A stretch of 64,000 nt of DNA from Polyangiales bacterium (GTDB taxonomy: Bacteria > Myxococcota_A > Polyangia > Polyangiales > Polyangiaceae): NCBI GenBank assembly GCA_038230375.1, contig JBBRNJ010000025.1, forward strand, positions 37,879 through 101,878, in the 5' to 3' direction. The translations under genes and the position numbers were made by a program. A model generated the notes under the pieces. It was not told the origin of the DNA, ran no database searches, and worked only from the letters and a program-made list of their open reading frames with translations. Shown piece after piece: positions 10,382 through 20,380 of this stretch. The number at the start of each line of letters is the position of its first letter. Positions within the stretch are counted from its first letter, which is position 1.

Positions 10382-11005
10382 TCAATCCTGCGCGCCCCTG
10401 GCTGCAGCGGATGCGTCGCGGTAGCGGCGCTTGAGGTCGCGGTCCTTGTTGATCGGATCGTGAGCCTCATCGGGCCGGGTGTCGAAATGGATGCCGCAGG
10501 CATTCAGGACCGAGAACATCTGGACGAGGTGTGCGAGCCGCCGGTCGTCGTCGTCGGCTGGAGTGAGCGTCCCATCTTGCAGCGCGAACGCACGCCGAAG
10601 GGAGCTGAGCTCGCTCTCGAGCCCGGCTTCTTCTGCGGCCCGCTCGAGGGCGGTCCGACGGACGCCGAGCTCGTCCTTGCACATCGCAACCAGCGACGTC
10701 TCGTCGAGCGGAAACAGCGCGCCGCGTTCCTTGAAGAAATGAAGAACCAGGGCGTAGCCGTGGCCGAACACGCAATAGCCGCATCCGTTGCTGAGCGAGA
10801 TGCCCGCACAAACGAGATGGGTGCGGAGGGGGCCAAGGTGCTTCAGCGCGGCTTCGTAGCGCGGCATGTTCCGCACGAACCATGACACCGCACCAACACC
10901 GCCGAGCTGCTCGGCGATGTCGGGCATGAGGTTCGGCGAGAATCCCCAGAGCGTTCGCCCTATGAACCGGAGGAGGCTCGCGACAACGGCTTTATCGGCA
11001 CGCAC
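10382..11005 (-). CDS. AhpD/carboxymuconolactone decarboxylase-like protein
   Basis: SLSNGCGYCVFGH matches the AhpD-type CxxCxxxH motif. Confidence 0.65.
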   Translation of the reverse strand: MRADKAVVASLLRFIGRTLWGFSPNLMPDIAEQLGGVGAVSWFVRNMPRYEAALKHLGPLRTHLVCAGISLSNGCGYCVFGHGYALVLHFFKERGALFPLDETSLVAMCKDELGVRRTALERAAEEAGLESELSSLRRAFALQDGTLTPADDDDRRLAHLVQMFSVLNACGIHFDTRPDEAHDPINKDRDLKRRYRDASAAARGAQD

Positions 11006-11057
11006 GCGGCGAGCATACGCGAATCAGCGATCGGTCCGGCGTGATAGGTTCGGACCC

Positions 11058-11317
11058 ATGGCTGCTTCCAGTGTCGACGAATACCTCGCCGCGCTTCCGG
11101 CCGACCGTCGTGCGGTCTACCGTTCATCAACCTTGCAGCAAAGAAGGCCCATGTCGCGCTCTACATGATGTGCATCTCCGGCAATGCAAAGCTCAGCAAG
11201 TGGTTCGTGGACGAGTACAAGAAGACCGGCAAGAAGCTCGACATGGGCAAGGGCTGCGTGCGCTTCAAGCGCCTCGACGACCTCGCGCTCGACGTGGTCG
11301 GCAAGACCATCGCGCGG
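11058..11317 (+). pseudogene. DUF1801-family protein remnant (internal deletion with frameshift, 3' end lost)
   Basis: SVDEYLAALPADRRAV jumps at about 11117 to LPFINLAAKKAHVALYMMC...KKLDMGKGCVRFKRLDDLALDVVG in another frame; the family's YEEGMQYGMIGY segment is absent. Confidence 0.75.
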
Positions 11318-11348
11318 AGAGCGCAGCACGCGCCGCAGCTGACGTTGT

Positions 11349-12806
11349 TCAGGCGCGGAGGAGGGACTGCTGCAGCATGCGGATTCCGCCTTCGAGCTCG
11401 GCGAAGATCTCGACCCAGAGGTTGCCGTTGGCGTCCCAGCCATTGCCCGTGGCATCGCAGGCCTTCAGGATTGCGAAGTTCCGGTGCGTCAGGACGTGCC
11501 TCTCGGGCGAGCCGGCAAGTGGCAATAGCCTGCCGTGGAAGTCCGGACACGTGAGGTCCATGGACGCGCCATTCGCCACCAGTCCAAGCAGGGCAGACTC
11601 GAGCCCCGACGGAGGCGGCCGCGCGACGCCGGACGACGTTATCTGAAACAGCCTGGGCGACGTCGCGCTCGGACCCAGCTTGAGCGACGTGTCGATCTGT
11701 CCGAGCGAGCCAAGGTGAATGTCGCCCGCGACGACGCTCACCTGCGTGCCGCTGCTGGCCGCAAAGTTCAGCAGCATGAGCAAGAAGCGGCGGCACTCTC
11801 CCTGGTTGTTCGGGGATACCCAGCCGTCCCTCAGATCGTCGGTCATTCCCGTGCCGAATGCCTCGGACAGCTTCAGCGCTGCAAGGATGGGCACGAACAC
11901 CGGCGGCGTGCCCACCACCACGAACAGGTGCTTGAGGCCCTTGGTGGCGAGCGCGGCGAGCGTGTGGGCGAGAGCCTGGAACTGCTCGTCGCCGAGCACG
12001 CGGTGCTCCGTGTACATGCGATGACGTCGACCATCCACGGCAAGGATGCCGATGCCGTTGAAGTCGAAGCTCCAGGCGTAACTGCCAGTGTCAAAGCGCG
12101 GCGGATTGACGCATACCTGGAAGTCCTCGAACGCCTGGGTCGCGGCGCCAAAGCGGAATTGCGCGTCAGGCGATGAGTCGTTGTCGTTCGAGCCGTATCC
12201 GTCGTAGATCTCGTGGTCGTCCCACATCATCACGGACGGGCAGGAGCCGAGCACGCCCGCGACGTCGGCGTTCGTCCACGTGTTGACGTAGTGGCGCCTG
12301 TAGGCCTCCAGGTGATCCTCGCCGGGCAGCAGGCCGTGGGGGCGCTCGTCGCCGTAGATCTGGTCGCCCGCGTGGATGATGAGGTCGACGTTGCGCGCGT
12401 TCACCTGCTGCTGCAACGCGCGCCAGAGCGCAGCGCGCTTGGCCGGCGGGTACTGCTTGCTGGTCAGGTCGTTGCAGCTCACGAGGCCCACGCGGAGCGG
12501 GCGGTTCGTGGGCAGGAGCCAGAACGAGCGCGCGCCACCCGCAAGCATGGCGGCGGGCGCCTGAAGCGCTGCAACGTCCGCTTCGGCCGCGAGCGCATAG
12601 CGGACATTCGCGGAGGCCGAGAGCCCGGCGAGCGCGAAGACGGCGCGGCCAAAGGGCCGGATGTCCTCGAGCGCGACGTCGAGCGAGCGTGGTCCGCTGC
12701 CGTCGTCATACGCAAGTCGCGCGGTGCCAGCGCCAACCTCGAAGACGCCAAGAATGCGCGCGGTGCTCGCTGTTGTGTGGCCGACAACCGTGGTTCGTAG
12801 CTGCAT
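11349..12806 (-). CDS. PhoD-like alkaline phosphatase D/metallophosphatase
   Basis: SCN, GDQIYGD, WDDHE, GDIH motifs; no Tat signal seen. Confidence 0.85.
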   Translation of the reverse strand: MQLRTTVVGHTTASTARILGVFEVGAGTARLAYDDGSGPRSLDVALEDIRPFGRAVFALAGLSASANVRYALAAEADVAALQAPAAMLAGGARSFWLLPTNRPLRVGLVSCNDLTSKQYPPAKRAALWRALQQQVNARNVDLIIHAGDQIYGDERPHGLLPGEDHLEAYRRHYVNTWTNADVAGVLGSCPSVMMWDDHEIYDGYGSNDNDSSPDAQFRFGAATQAFEDFQVCVNPPRFDTGSYAWSFDFNGIGILAVDGRRHRMYTEHRVLGDEQFQALAHTLAALATKGLKHLFVVVGTPPVFVPILAALKLSEAFGTGMTDDLRDGWVSPNNQGECRRFLLMLLNFAASSGTQVSVVAGDIHLGSLGQIDTSLKLGPSATSPRLFQITSSGVARPPPSGLESALLGLVANGASMDLTCPDFHGRLLPLAGSPERHVLTHRNFAILKACDATGNGWDANGNLWVEIFAELEGGIRMLQQSLLRA

Positions 12807-12865
12807 GGCAGCGGCGTATCCCAGGTCGCGCGAACAAAGAAGCAAATGCGGCGTGCAGTGGTCGC

Positions 12866-13306
12866 CTATGCGGACTCGAGGATGGACTTCAATGCCGCGA
12901 GGTCTTTCCGGTTCGCGCGGCGCATCGCGCTCGACATCAGCGGCGCCACGACCTTCCCGAAGCCCGACGGCTCGCCGCGGTTTCGCAGCGTCATTCGCGT
13001 CCCACCCGACGGTGCGAGCTCCCAGGTGTACGTCGTCTCCATCGGGAAGGGCCCCTCGCTCGTGCGCATGACAAGACGCTCGTCCGGCGCGAGCTCGACG
13101 ATCTCGTAGGTGTAAGCGAGGCGGCGACCAAGGAACCGCGCGACGAACGCGACGCGGGAACCAACGGCCAGCGGCGGTGGCGTCTCCCACTCGACGGACT
13201 TGATGTTGACGTACCAGAGCGGCGCGTTGTCCGGCTCGCGCGCGTACGCGGCGACGGTGGCGGGCGGGCGGTCAATGACGATCTCGGTGACGACGTCGAC
13301 GCTCAT
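12866..13306 (-). CDS. SRPBCC/polyketide cyclase family protein
   Basis: [11 protein letters not shown]...PLWYVNI...[12 protein letters not shown]. Confidence 0.9.
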   Translation of the reverse strand: MSVDVVTEIVIDRPPATVAAYAREPDNAPLWYVNIKSVEWETPPPLAVGSRVAFVARFLGRRLAYTYEIVELAPDERLVMRTSEGPFPMETTYTWELAPSGGTRMTLRNRGEPSGFGKVVAPLMSSAMRRANRKDLAALKSILESA

Positions 13307-13374
13307 GGGTTGCGATCACCTGTACCTCTCCGCGGGCAGCGAGACAATGCGCTATATTTCGACCATGTCGTCCC

Positions 13375-14283
13375 ATGAATGAGACAATCCGGATCGAGGA
13401 CATGCGCCTCTTCGCAAGCGTCGCCGAGGCCAGGAGCTTCACTGCAGCCGCGCGCATTCTGGGCGTTCCCAAGCAGACACTCAGCCGCCGGATCGCGGAG
13501 CTCGAGCGCGCGCTTGGCGTCGGCCTCCTGCACCGTACGACCCGTCGACTGACGCTCACCGACACGGGGGCCGCGTATGCCGAGCGCTGCGCCGAGATCG
13601 TGCGGCTCGCGGGGGACGCGAACCGCGCCGCGACCGATGTGAATGACGTACCGCGCGGCACGTTGCGTGTCACTGCGGATCCAGTCTTCGGCGAAGCGTT
13701 CGTCACGGGTCTCGTGAAGGACTACGCCAGGCGATGGCCGGAGGCGCGGATCGAGGTCATCCTCACACGGCGCCGCGTCGATCTCGTGGAGGAGCGCTTT
13801 GACGTCGCCTTTCGCATCGGCCGCTCCGACGACGCCGCGCTCTCTGGCGTTGCTCTTGGCGCAGCGCGCGTCCGCTTCTGCGCGAGCCCGGCCTACGTCG
13901 CGCGGCGCGGCGCGCCATCGAAGGTCGCGGAGCTCGCCGACCACGACTGCATCGTGGTCTCGGACGGCGGGCCCGCGCGTTGGCCGATCCCCGGTCCTGG
14001 CGGCCCCAGGCTCGTCGCGGTTTCAGCGCGCATCTCGGTCACGAGCTTCGCGATGGCGCACTCCGCCGCGCTCGCAGGCCTTGGCATCGCTTTGTTCCCG
14101 GAGTTCGCCTGCGCGAGCGACCTCCGACGCAAGCGCCTCGTCCCGGTGCTCCGTACGGACGCTGTCGACGTGGGCTCCGTCTGGCTCCTGTACCCAGCGC
14201 ACCGCTTCCTGCCTGCGCGGGTCCGCGCCTTCGTCGATCTCGCGCGCGAGCGATTCGCGTCGGCGCCCCCGTGGGAGCCCTGA
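13375..14283 (+). CDS. LysR-family regulator (CrgA/DmlR-like), divergent from the SRPBCC gene
   Basis: SFTAAARILGVPKQTLSRRIAELERALGVGLLHRTTRRL HTH; LPARVRAFVD. Confidence 0.95.
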   Translation: MNETIRIEDMRLFASVAEARSFTAAARILGVPKQTLSRRIAELERALGVGLLHRTTRRLTLTDTGAAYAERCAEIVRLAGDANRAATDVNDVPRGTLRVTADPVFGEAFVTGLVKDYARRWPEARIEVILTRRRVDLVEERFDVAFRIGRSDDAALSGVALGAARVRFCASPAYVARRGAPSKVAELADHDCIVVSDGGPARWPIPGPGGPRLVAVSARISVTSFAMAHSAALAGLGIALFPEFACASDLRRKRLVPVLRTDAVDVGSVWLLYPAHRFLPARVRAFVDLARERFASAPPWEP

Positions 14284-14560
14284 TCCCACCCCAAGGCCGC
14301 ATGCGCGCTAACTGCGCGGCGGGGTCTCGATCCGGCCTCGCCCCGCTGGGTCACGCCAATGCGGCCAAAGCCCCGATCCCCGACCCCGGCGATCCAAAAG
14401 CGCCGCGACATCATCGAGGACGCGCTCCAGCTCGAGCGCCGCGATGCGCGGCCCTTGGAACCGCCACTGTCGGCGCTGCGGCCACGTTCCGCTGGCTCCT
14501 GGCCGAAACGGTCAGGCGCACCTTAATCGCGTCACGGGCGGCGCCGTTTTTCCCAAGACG

Positions 14561-14890
14561 ATGGCAGCGCGCGCTCAGCTTGAGGTCACGGATACAGGGG
14601 AAGGTCCGCTTGGCGTGGTTATTCGCGGGACCGTGGATATCGCGGCCGTTGCGGCGCTGCGGCAGGAGCTGCTGGACGCCATGACGCCGCATCGCAACGT
14701 CGTCGTGTTCGTGGACCAGGTTGAAAAGCTGGACGGCGCGGGGGTCCAGCTCCTGTTCGCGGCGAAGCGCTTCACGGAGCGCCGCGAGCGAACCTTCACG
14801 CTGGTCGTTGGCGACGGAAGCGCCCGAAGGGCAATCGAAACCGCTGGAGCTGGCAATGAGCTCGAAGGAGAAGAGAAATGTCGAAGGTAG
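14561..14890 (+). CDS. STAS domain protein (first gene of the chemosensory operon)
   Basis: GTVDIAAVAALRQELL...VEKLDGAGVQLL; overlaps the cheY start. Confidence 0.85.
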   Translation: MAARAQLEVTDTGEGPLGVVIRGTVDIAAVAALRQELLDAMTPHRNVVVFVDQVEKLDGAGVQLLFAAKRFTERRERTFTLVVGDGSARRAIETAGAGNELEGEEKCRR

Positions 14891-15243
14891 CACTCGTCGT
14901 GGATGACTCGATGATCATCCGAAAAATGGTCTCTCAGACGCTCGTGAAGCTCGGCTTCGAGGTGATCGATGCGCCGGACGGGATGGCGGGGCTCGAGGCC
15001 GCGACGGGCAAGGAGCTCGCGCTGATCATCACGGATTACAACATGCCGCGCATGAACGGCCTGGAGCTCATCAAGGAGCTCCGCGCGCTCCCCGGCCACA
15101 AGTTCACGCCCGTGGTGTTCCTGACGACCGAGATGGAGGAGCGTCTTCGCAACGAGGCGCGCGCGGCGGGCGCCACCGCGTGGATCGTGAAGCCATTCCA
15201 CCCGGACAAGGTCGTGGCAGTCGTCCAGAAGCTTGCGGCGTGA
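14878..15243 (+). CDS. cheY: Chemotaxis response regulator CheY
   Basis: Single receiver domain with VDD, TDYNMP, LTT and KPF motifs, upstream of cheA. Confidence 0.92.
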   Translation: MSKVALVVDDSMIIRKMVSQTLVKLGFEVIDAPDGMAGLEAATGKELALIITDYNMPRMNGLELIKELRALPGHKFTPVVFLTTEMEERLRNEARAAGATAWIVKPFHPDKVVAVVQKLAA

Positions 15244-15247
15244 AGCC

Positions 15248-17287
15248 ATGTCCGAGATCAACATCGACATGGACGGGCTCCTCGAGATGTTCTTCGAGGA
15301 AGCCGAGGAGCATCTGACCGCGTTCGAGAACGGCCTCCTGGAGCTGGAGGATGCTCCGGGCAACCTCGAGGTCGTCGCGCGCATCTTTCGAGCGGCGCAC
15401 TCGATCAAGGGCGCCAGTGGAACGTTCGGCCTGACCGAAGTCACGCGATTTACCCACGCGCTGGAGACGGTGCTCGATCGACTTCGCGCCGGTAGCCTTG
15501 CCTACTCGCGGGAGCTGGCTCAAGTCTTTCTTCCGTCCGTCGATGTGCTTCGAGGCCTGGTTCGGGCCGCACGCGAAGGAACCGCGGCGCCGCCCGAGGC
15601 CGCCCAGATCAGGCTCGCGCTCGAGGCATTCGTGCACACGGTGCCCGTCACGACGACATCGACGGAGCCCGTCGCCGTGAAGAGCGGCGCGCGCGACGTC
15701 ATCGTGCGGGTTCTGCCGAAGCTCGAGTTCATGTCGCGCGGAATGGACCCGCTCGCGATCCTGCGTGACCTTGCGGACTTCGGTGAGATCGTTTCGCGCG
15801 ACGTCGATGCGACGTCGGTGCCGGAGCTGGACGTTCTGGACCCGGAACAGATGCATCTCTCGTTTCGCATCGGACTTCGCACGGAGAAGACCGACGCGGA
15901 GATCGCAGAGGTCTTCGCGTTCGTGGACGATCTGTGTGCGTTCAAGATCGAAGAAGTCGCCGTACCCGTGCGGGCGGCAGCCACGGAGATCGAGCCGGCG
16001 CCCGTCGAGCCAGGTCCTGTGACCGTGAAGGACGCTGCGAACAGCGCAAAGAATCCCGGTGCGCCTGCAGGGACCATCCGTGTCTCCACGGAGAAGGTCG
16101 ACAAGCTCCTGGACCTGGTGAGCGAGATCGTGATCGCGCAGGCGATGATCGTAGATGCGACGCGCGACCGCGGAAATGAGGCCGAGACGCGCCTGAACGA
16201 GGCGCTGCTCTCCCTGGACCGACACACGCGCGAGCTACAGGAGCGCGTCATGTCCATCCGAATGGTGCCACTCGCCAGCGTGTTTGGAAGGCTGCCGCGC
16301 ATGGTCCGTGATCTTGCGAGCGCCGTCGGCAAGAAGGTGCGTCTGGTAGTCGAAGGCGAGGGCACGGAGATCGACAAGAGCATGGTGGAGCAGCTCTCCG
16401 ACCCGTTGACCCACCTAGTCCGGAACGCCGTGGACCACGGGCTGGAGTTCCCGGAGGACCGCATCAAGAAGGGCAAGCCCGAAGAGGGCATCGTTCGCAT
16501 CCGCGCCTTCCACCAGGGCGGCAATGTCATCATCGAGGTCAGCGATGACGGCAAGGGTCTGGACACCGCGCAGATCCGCGACAAGGCGGAGCGCCTTGGG
16601 TTCGTCTCGCCCGAGGCCGTTCTCACAAGCGAGCAAATCCACGACTTCATCTTCCATGCCGGTTTTTCCACTGCGGCGAAGGTCACCGACGTGAGCGGAC
16701 GTGGTGTTGGCATGGACGTCGTCAAGCGCAACGTCGAAGCACTGAAGGGCTCACTGTCGCTCTCGACGCAGCTCGGCAGCGGCACCGCAATGCGTCTGCG
16801 CCTTCCGCTCACGCTGGCGATCGTGGACGGGCTCGCCGTCCGCGTAGGCCGCCAGACCTTCGTCGTGCCACTTCTCTCCGTCCTCGAGTCCTTCCGGCCG
16901 TCGCCCGCGCAGGTGCGCGGCGTGCTCGGCACCTCCGAGGTCATCGACATGCGCGGTACATCGGTCCCGATGGTTCGCTTGCACGAGCTCATGAGCGAGC
17001 CGGACGCAGAGCGAGATCCCTCACGGGCGCTCCTGTGCATCGTGGAGGCCAACGGCACGAACCTGGCACTGCTGGTGGACGACGTGATCGGCCAGGCCCA
17101 GTTCGTCGTGAAGAGCCTGGAGGTGAACTACCGCAAGGTGAACTACCTCATGGGAGCGACGATTCTGGGCGACGGACGCGTCGCCATGATCATCGACGTT
17201 CAATCACTTGCACGCAACACACCACGCGCGGGCGCCATCACGGACGTCTCGGCCCTCGCGTCACACTCTGCCTCGGAGGCCGCATGA
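15248..17287 (+). CDS. cheA: Chemotaxis histidine kinase CheA
   Basis: Hpt FRAAHSIKG, HLVRNAVDHG, DDGKG, SGRGVGMDVV, C-terminal CheW domain. Confidence 0.97.
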   Translation: MSEINIDMDGLLEMFFEEAEEHLTAFENGLLELEDAPGNLEVVARIFRAAHSIKGASGTFGLTEVTRFTHALETVLDRLRAGSLAYSRELAQVFLPSVDVLRGLVRAAREGTAAPPEAAQIRLALEAFVHTVPVTTTSTEPVAVKSGARDVIVRVLPKLEFMSRGMDPLAILRDLADFGEIVSRDVDATSVPELDVLDPEQMHLSFRIGLRTEKTDAEIAEVFAFVDDLCAFKIEEVAVPVRAAATEIEPAPVEPGPVTVKDAANSAKNPGAPAGTIRVSTEKVDKLLDLVSEIVIAQAMIVDATRDRGNEAETRLNEALLSLDRHTRELQERVMSIRMVPLASVFGRLPRMVRDLASAVGKKVRLVVEGEGTEIDKSMVEQLSDPLTHLVRNAVDHGLEFPEDRIKKGKPEEGIVRIRAFHQGGNVIIEVSDDGKGLDTAQIRDKAERLGFVSPEAVLTSEQIHDFIFHAGFSTAAKVTDVSGRGVGMDVVKRNVEALKGSLSLSTQLGSGTAMRLRLPLTLAIVDGLAVRVGRQTFVVPLLSVLESFRPSPAQVRGVLGTSEVIDMRGTSVPMVRLHELMSEPDAERDPSRALLCIVEANGTNLALLVDDVIGQAQFVVKSLEVNYRKVNYLMGATILGDGRVAMIIDVQSLARNTPRAGAITDVSALASHSASEAA

Positions 17288-17763
17288 GCACCCCCCAATC
17301 CAGCGACGCGAAGTCCAGTGAGCGTGGCCAGTATCTGAGCTTCGCGCTGGGCACGGACGAGTACGCGATCGAGATCCTGCGCGTGCAGGAGATCCTGAGC
17401 ATCTGTCCCATCACGGCGCTGCCGCAGACACCCCCGCACGTTCGCGGCGTCATGAATCTGCGCGGCGCAGTGGTTCCCGTCATCGACATGCGCGGAGCCC
17501 TTGGCCTTGCGACGGAGCCCTATGGCAAGTTCACTGTCATCATCGTTCTGTCGGTGAAAGGTCGCACAGTCGGCTTCGTGGTGGACAGCGTGTCCGACGT
17601 CCTCTCGTTCGACGAGAGCGCGATCGAGCGTTCACCCGACCTCGGCGGTCGCGTCGATGCGTCCCTCGTCTCCGGAATCGCGCGCACGCAGGACCGGTTC
17701 GTGGTGCTCCTTGACACGGACCGGGTCGTCGGCGCGGACGTTCCGTTTGGTCTGGCCGCGTGA
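17284..17763 (+). CDS. cheW: Chemotaxis coupling protein CheW
   Basis: YLSFALG...GVMNLRGAVVPVIDMR...VDSVSDV. Confidence 0.95.
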   Translation: MSTPQSSDAKSSERGQYLSFALGTDEYAIEILRVQEILSICPITALPQTPPHVRGVMNLRGAVVPVIDMRGALGLATEPYGKFTVIIVLSVKGRTVGFVVDSVSDVLSFDESAIERSPDLGGRVDASLVSGIARTQDRFVVLLDTDRVVGADVPFGLAA

Positions 17764-19286
17764 GCTCGGGCGTCACAATCGAGCGGGTTCCGCTGGACAG
17801 CCGGGACTTCGACGCGCTTCGACGGCTCATCCAGGAAGCTGCCGGCATACACCTGGGTGACCAGAAGCGCGACCTGGTCGCGGGGCGCCTGCAATGCCGC
17901 CTTCGTCACCTGCGCATCTCGACGTTCGGCGAGTACCTGCAGTTCCTTGCCGCCGAGGTGACAGGCGATGAAACGCGCGAGATGGTGAACTGCATCACCA
18001 CGAACAAGACGAGCTTCTTTCGAGAGCCACATCACTTCGATTTCATCCGCGATCGACTTGTCCCCGAGTGCATCGCGCGAGCCCAGGCTGGCGCGCCACG
18101 CAAGATCCGGATCTGGAGCGCAGCATGCTCCATGGGACACGAGCCCTGGAGCATTGCCATGACGCTGGCGGATGCCCTGGGCTCCTTCAGCGGATGGGAC
18201 ATCCGTATCCTCGCGTCCGACCTGGATACGAACGTGCTCGCGACGGCGGAGGCCGCCACCTACGACGAGCTGGCGGTCGCCGACATTCCACCGCCACTAC
18301 GCACCAAGTATCTGGAGCCCGCTCCAGAAGGTGGGGGACTTCAACGTGTCGTGGCGCCACTTCGCTCGCTGGTGACGTTCAGGCGGCTCAACCTGGTCAA
18401 CCCCGGAACATGGTCCATCCGCACCAAGTTCGACACCATCATGTGTCGTAACGTGGCTATCTACTTCGACAGATTGACACAAGAGTTGGTGTTCAAGGCG
18501 CTCGCCAGCCTACTCGAGCCGTCGGGGTACCTGATGAGCGGTCACTCGGAGAACCTGCACTGGCTTGCCGACGTGCTCACGCCGATGGGCAAGACCATCC
18601 ATGCAAGGGCGGACGGAATCCCGCCGGCTCCCAAGAGCGGCACGCGTCCCACGGTCCGTGGGGCGCTGCTCGGACGCGCGGTCATCCCGCCGTCGCCCGT
18701 TCCCGCGATACTGGGAGGCGGTATGCCATCGTTCGGCACGGGGCCCGAGATCGCCATTCAGGTCGGCGGAGTCCAGGCCAGCGCGAAGGGCGGCGTCATT
18801 CGCACTACCCTCGGCTCATGTGTCGCAGTGTGCCTTCATGACCCCGAGAGGCGCATCGGTGGGATGAATCACTTCCTATTGCCAGCAGACAACGGCTCCA
18901 GTCGTCACGCCTCGCACTTTGGCGTGCATTCGATGGAGCTCTTGATCAACGCGCTCATGAAGCTGGGCGCGGAGCGCTCCCGTCTTGTCGCGAAGGTGTT
19001 CGGAGGCGGAGCGACGATGGGCGGCGCTCTATCCACTAGCGTCGGAAAGCGCAACGCCGAGTTTGCGATCGGGTTTCTGGAAGACGAGGGTATCCGTGTG
19101 GCGGGCAAGAAGGTTGGTGGCCGAGCCGCGCTGTCAGTCCTCTTCGACACGGACTCCGGACTTGCTCGCGTGAAGGAGATCGGCGCAATCGCGGAGATCA
19201 ATCGCGAGGAGCAGAGGGTGCTTGCTCGCATCTCGCAGTCGCCGCCCCCCATCGAACAAGACATAACCTTCTTCGGGTTGCCATGA
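17760..19286 (+). CDS. cheR: CheR methyltransferase fused to CheD deamidase
   Basis: TTNKTSFFRE, IWSAACSMGHEPWS, CRNVAIYF, GHSE (CheR); Pro-rich linker; TTLGSCVAVC...GMNHFLLP...AKVFGG...VGKRN (CheD); single open frame. Confidence 0.9.
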   Translation: MSSGVTIERVPLDSRDFDALRRLIQEAAGIHLGDQKRDLVAGRLQCRLRHLRISTFGEYLQFLAAEVTGDETREMVNCITTNKTSFFREPHHFDFIRDRLVPECIARAQAGAPRKIRIWSAACSMGHEPWSIAMTLADALGSFSGWDIRILASDLDTNVLATAEAATYDELAVADIPPPLRTKYLEPAPEGGGLQRVVAPLRSLVTFRRLNLVNPGTWSIRTKFDTIMCRNVAIYFDRLTQELVFKALASLLEPSGYLMSGHSENLHWLADVLTPMGKTIHARADGIPPAPKSGTRPTVRGALLGRAVIPPSPVPAILGGGMPSFGTGPEIAIQVGGVQASAKGGVIRTTLGSCVAVCLHDPERRIGGMNHFLLPADNGSSRHASHFGVHSMELLINALMKLGAERSRLVAKVFGGGATMGGALSTSVGKRNAEFAIGFLEDEGIRVAGKKVGGRAALSVLFDTDSGLARVKEIGAIAEINREEQRVLARISQSPPPIEQDITFFGLP

Positions 19287-20380
19287 GTCTATCGATGAAG
19301 CGGATTCGCGTGTTAATCGTGGACGACTCGGCGCTCATGCGTCAGCTGTTGACCCAGATCCTCAGTTCGGACCCGGAGATCGAGGTGGTGGGCGCGGCGG
19401 CGGACCCCGTGGCGGCGCGCGACAAGATCCGCGCGCTTCGCCCGGACGTCCTGACGCTCGACGTGGAGATGCCGAAGCAGGATGGGATCACATTCCTGTC
19501 GCAGCTCATGGCGAGCACGCCGATGCCGGTTGTCATGGTGTCCTCCCTGACGGAGCGTGGCGGCGAGATAACGCTGCGGGCGTTGGAGCTGGGTGCCGTC
19601 GACTTCGTGACGAAGCCGAAGATCGATCTAACGCGCGGAACCGCGACGGTGGGCAGCGAGATCGTGAACAAGGTGAAAGCTGCGGCTCGTTCCCGTCCGC
19701 GCGTCCGCAAGACCGCTGTTGCGCCGTCAACCCCCATCGTCGGGCCCGCCGTCAGTGGCGTGCGGCTGCGCACGACGCAGCGGATCGTCGTCATCGGATC
19801 CTCGACCGGCGGCACGGAGGCGCTGCGCGAGATCCTGACACGCCTGCCGCCCGATTCGCCGCCCATCGTCGTGGTGCAGCACATGCCACCCGTGTTCACG
19901 CGGCAGTTCGCGGAACGGTTGGACGGGCTCTGCAAGGTCCGCGTGAAGGAAGCCAAGAGCGGAGATGCGCTCGTCACCGGGCACGTGCTCATTGCACCAG
20001 GTGGCGAGTGCCATCTGGAGATAGTGCGTAGTGGTGCGGCCTATGGGGTCGTGCTCGTTCCTGGTGCACCGGTCGGTCATCATCGTCCGTCCGTGGATGT
20101 GATGTTCGACTCTTGCGCCAGGGCGGCGGGGGCCAACGCAACGGGCGTGATCCTCACAGGAATGGGGAGCGACGGGGCAAAGGGGCTACTCGCAATGCGG
20201 CGCGCGGGCGCATCGACGCTGGCAGAGGACGAGAGCACGTGTGTTGTCTTCGGGATGCCAAAAGAGGCAATCGCCGCGGGCGGGGTGGAGCAAATAGTGC
20301 CGCTCGATCGAATGGCGATCGCCATTCTTCGCGCGGCCTCGGATAACGGATCTGGTAAACGGATGGAGGATGGACGATGA
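19283..20380 (+). CDS. cheB: Chemotaxis response regulator protein-glutamate methylesterase CheB
   Basis: Receiver plus GSSTGG, QHMP, RPSVD, LTGMGSDG, VFGMP. Confidence 0.97.
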   Translation: MSLSMKRIRVLIVDDSALMRQLLTQILSSDPEIEVVGAAADPVAARDKIRALRPDVLTLDVEMPKQDGITFLSQLMASTPMPVVMVSSLTERGGEITLRALELGAVDFVTKPKIDLTRGTATVGSEIVNKVKAAARSRPRVRKTAVAPSTPIVGPAVSGVRLRTTQRIVVIGSSTGGTEALREILTRLPPDSPPIVVVQHMPPVFTRQFAERLDGLCKVRVKEAKSGDALVTGHVLIAPGGECHLEIVRSGAAYGVVLVPGAPVGHHRPSVDVMFDSCARAAGANATGVILTGMGSDGAKGLLAMRRAGASTLAEDESTCVVFGMPKEAIAAGGVEQIVPLDRMAIAILRAASDNGSGKRMEDGR

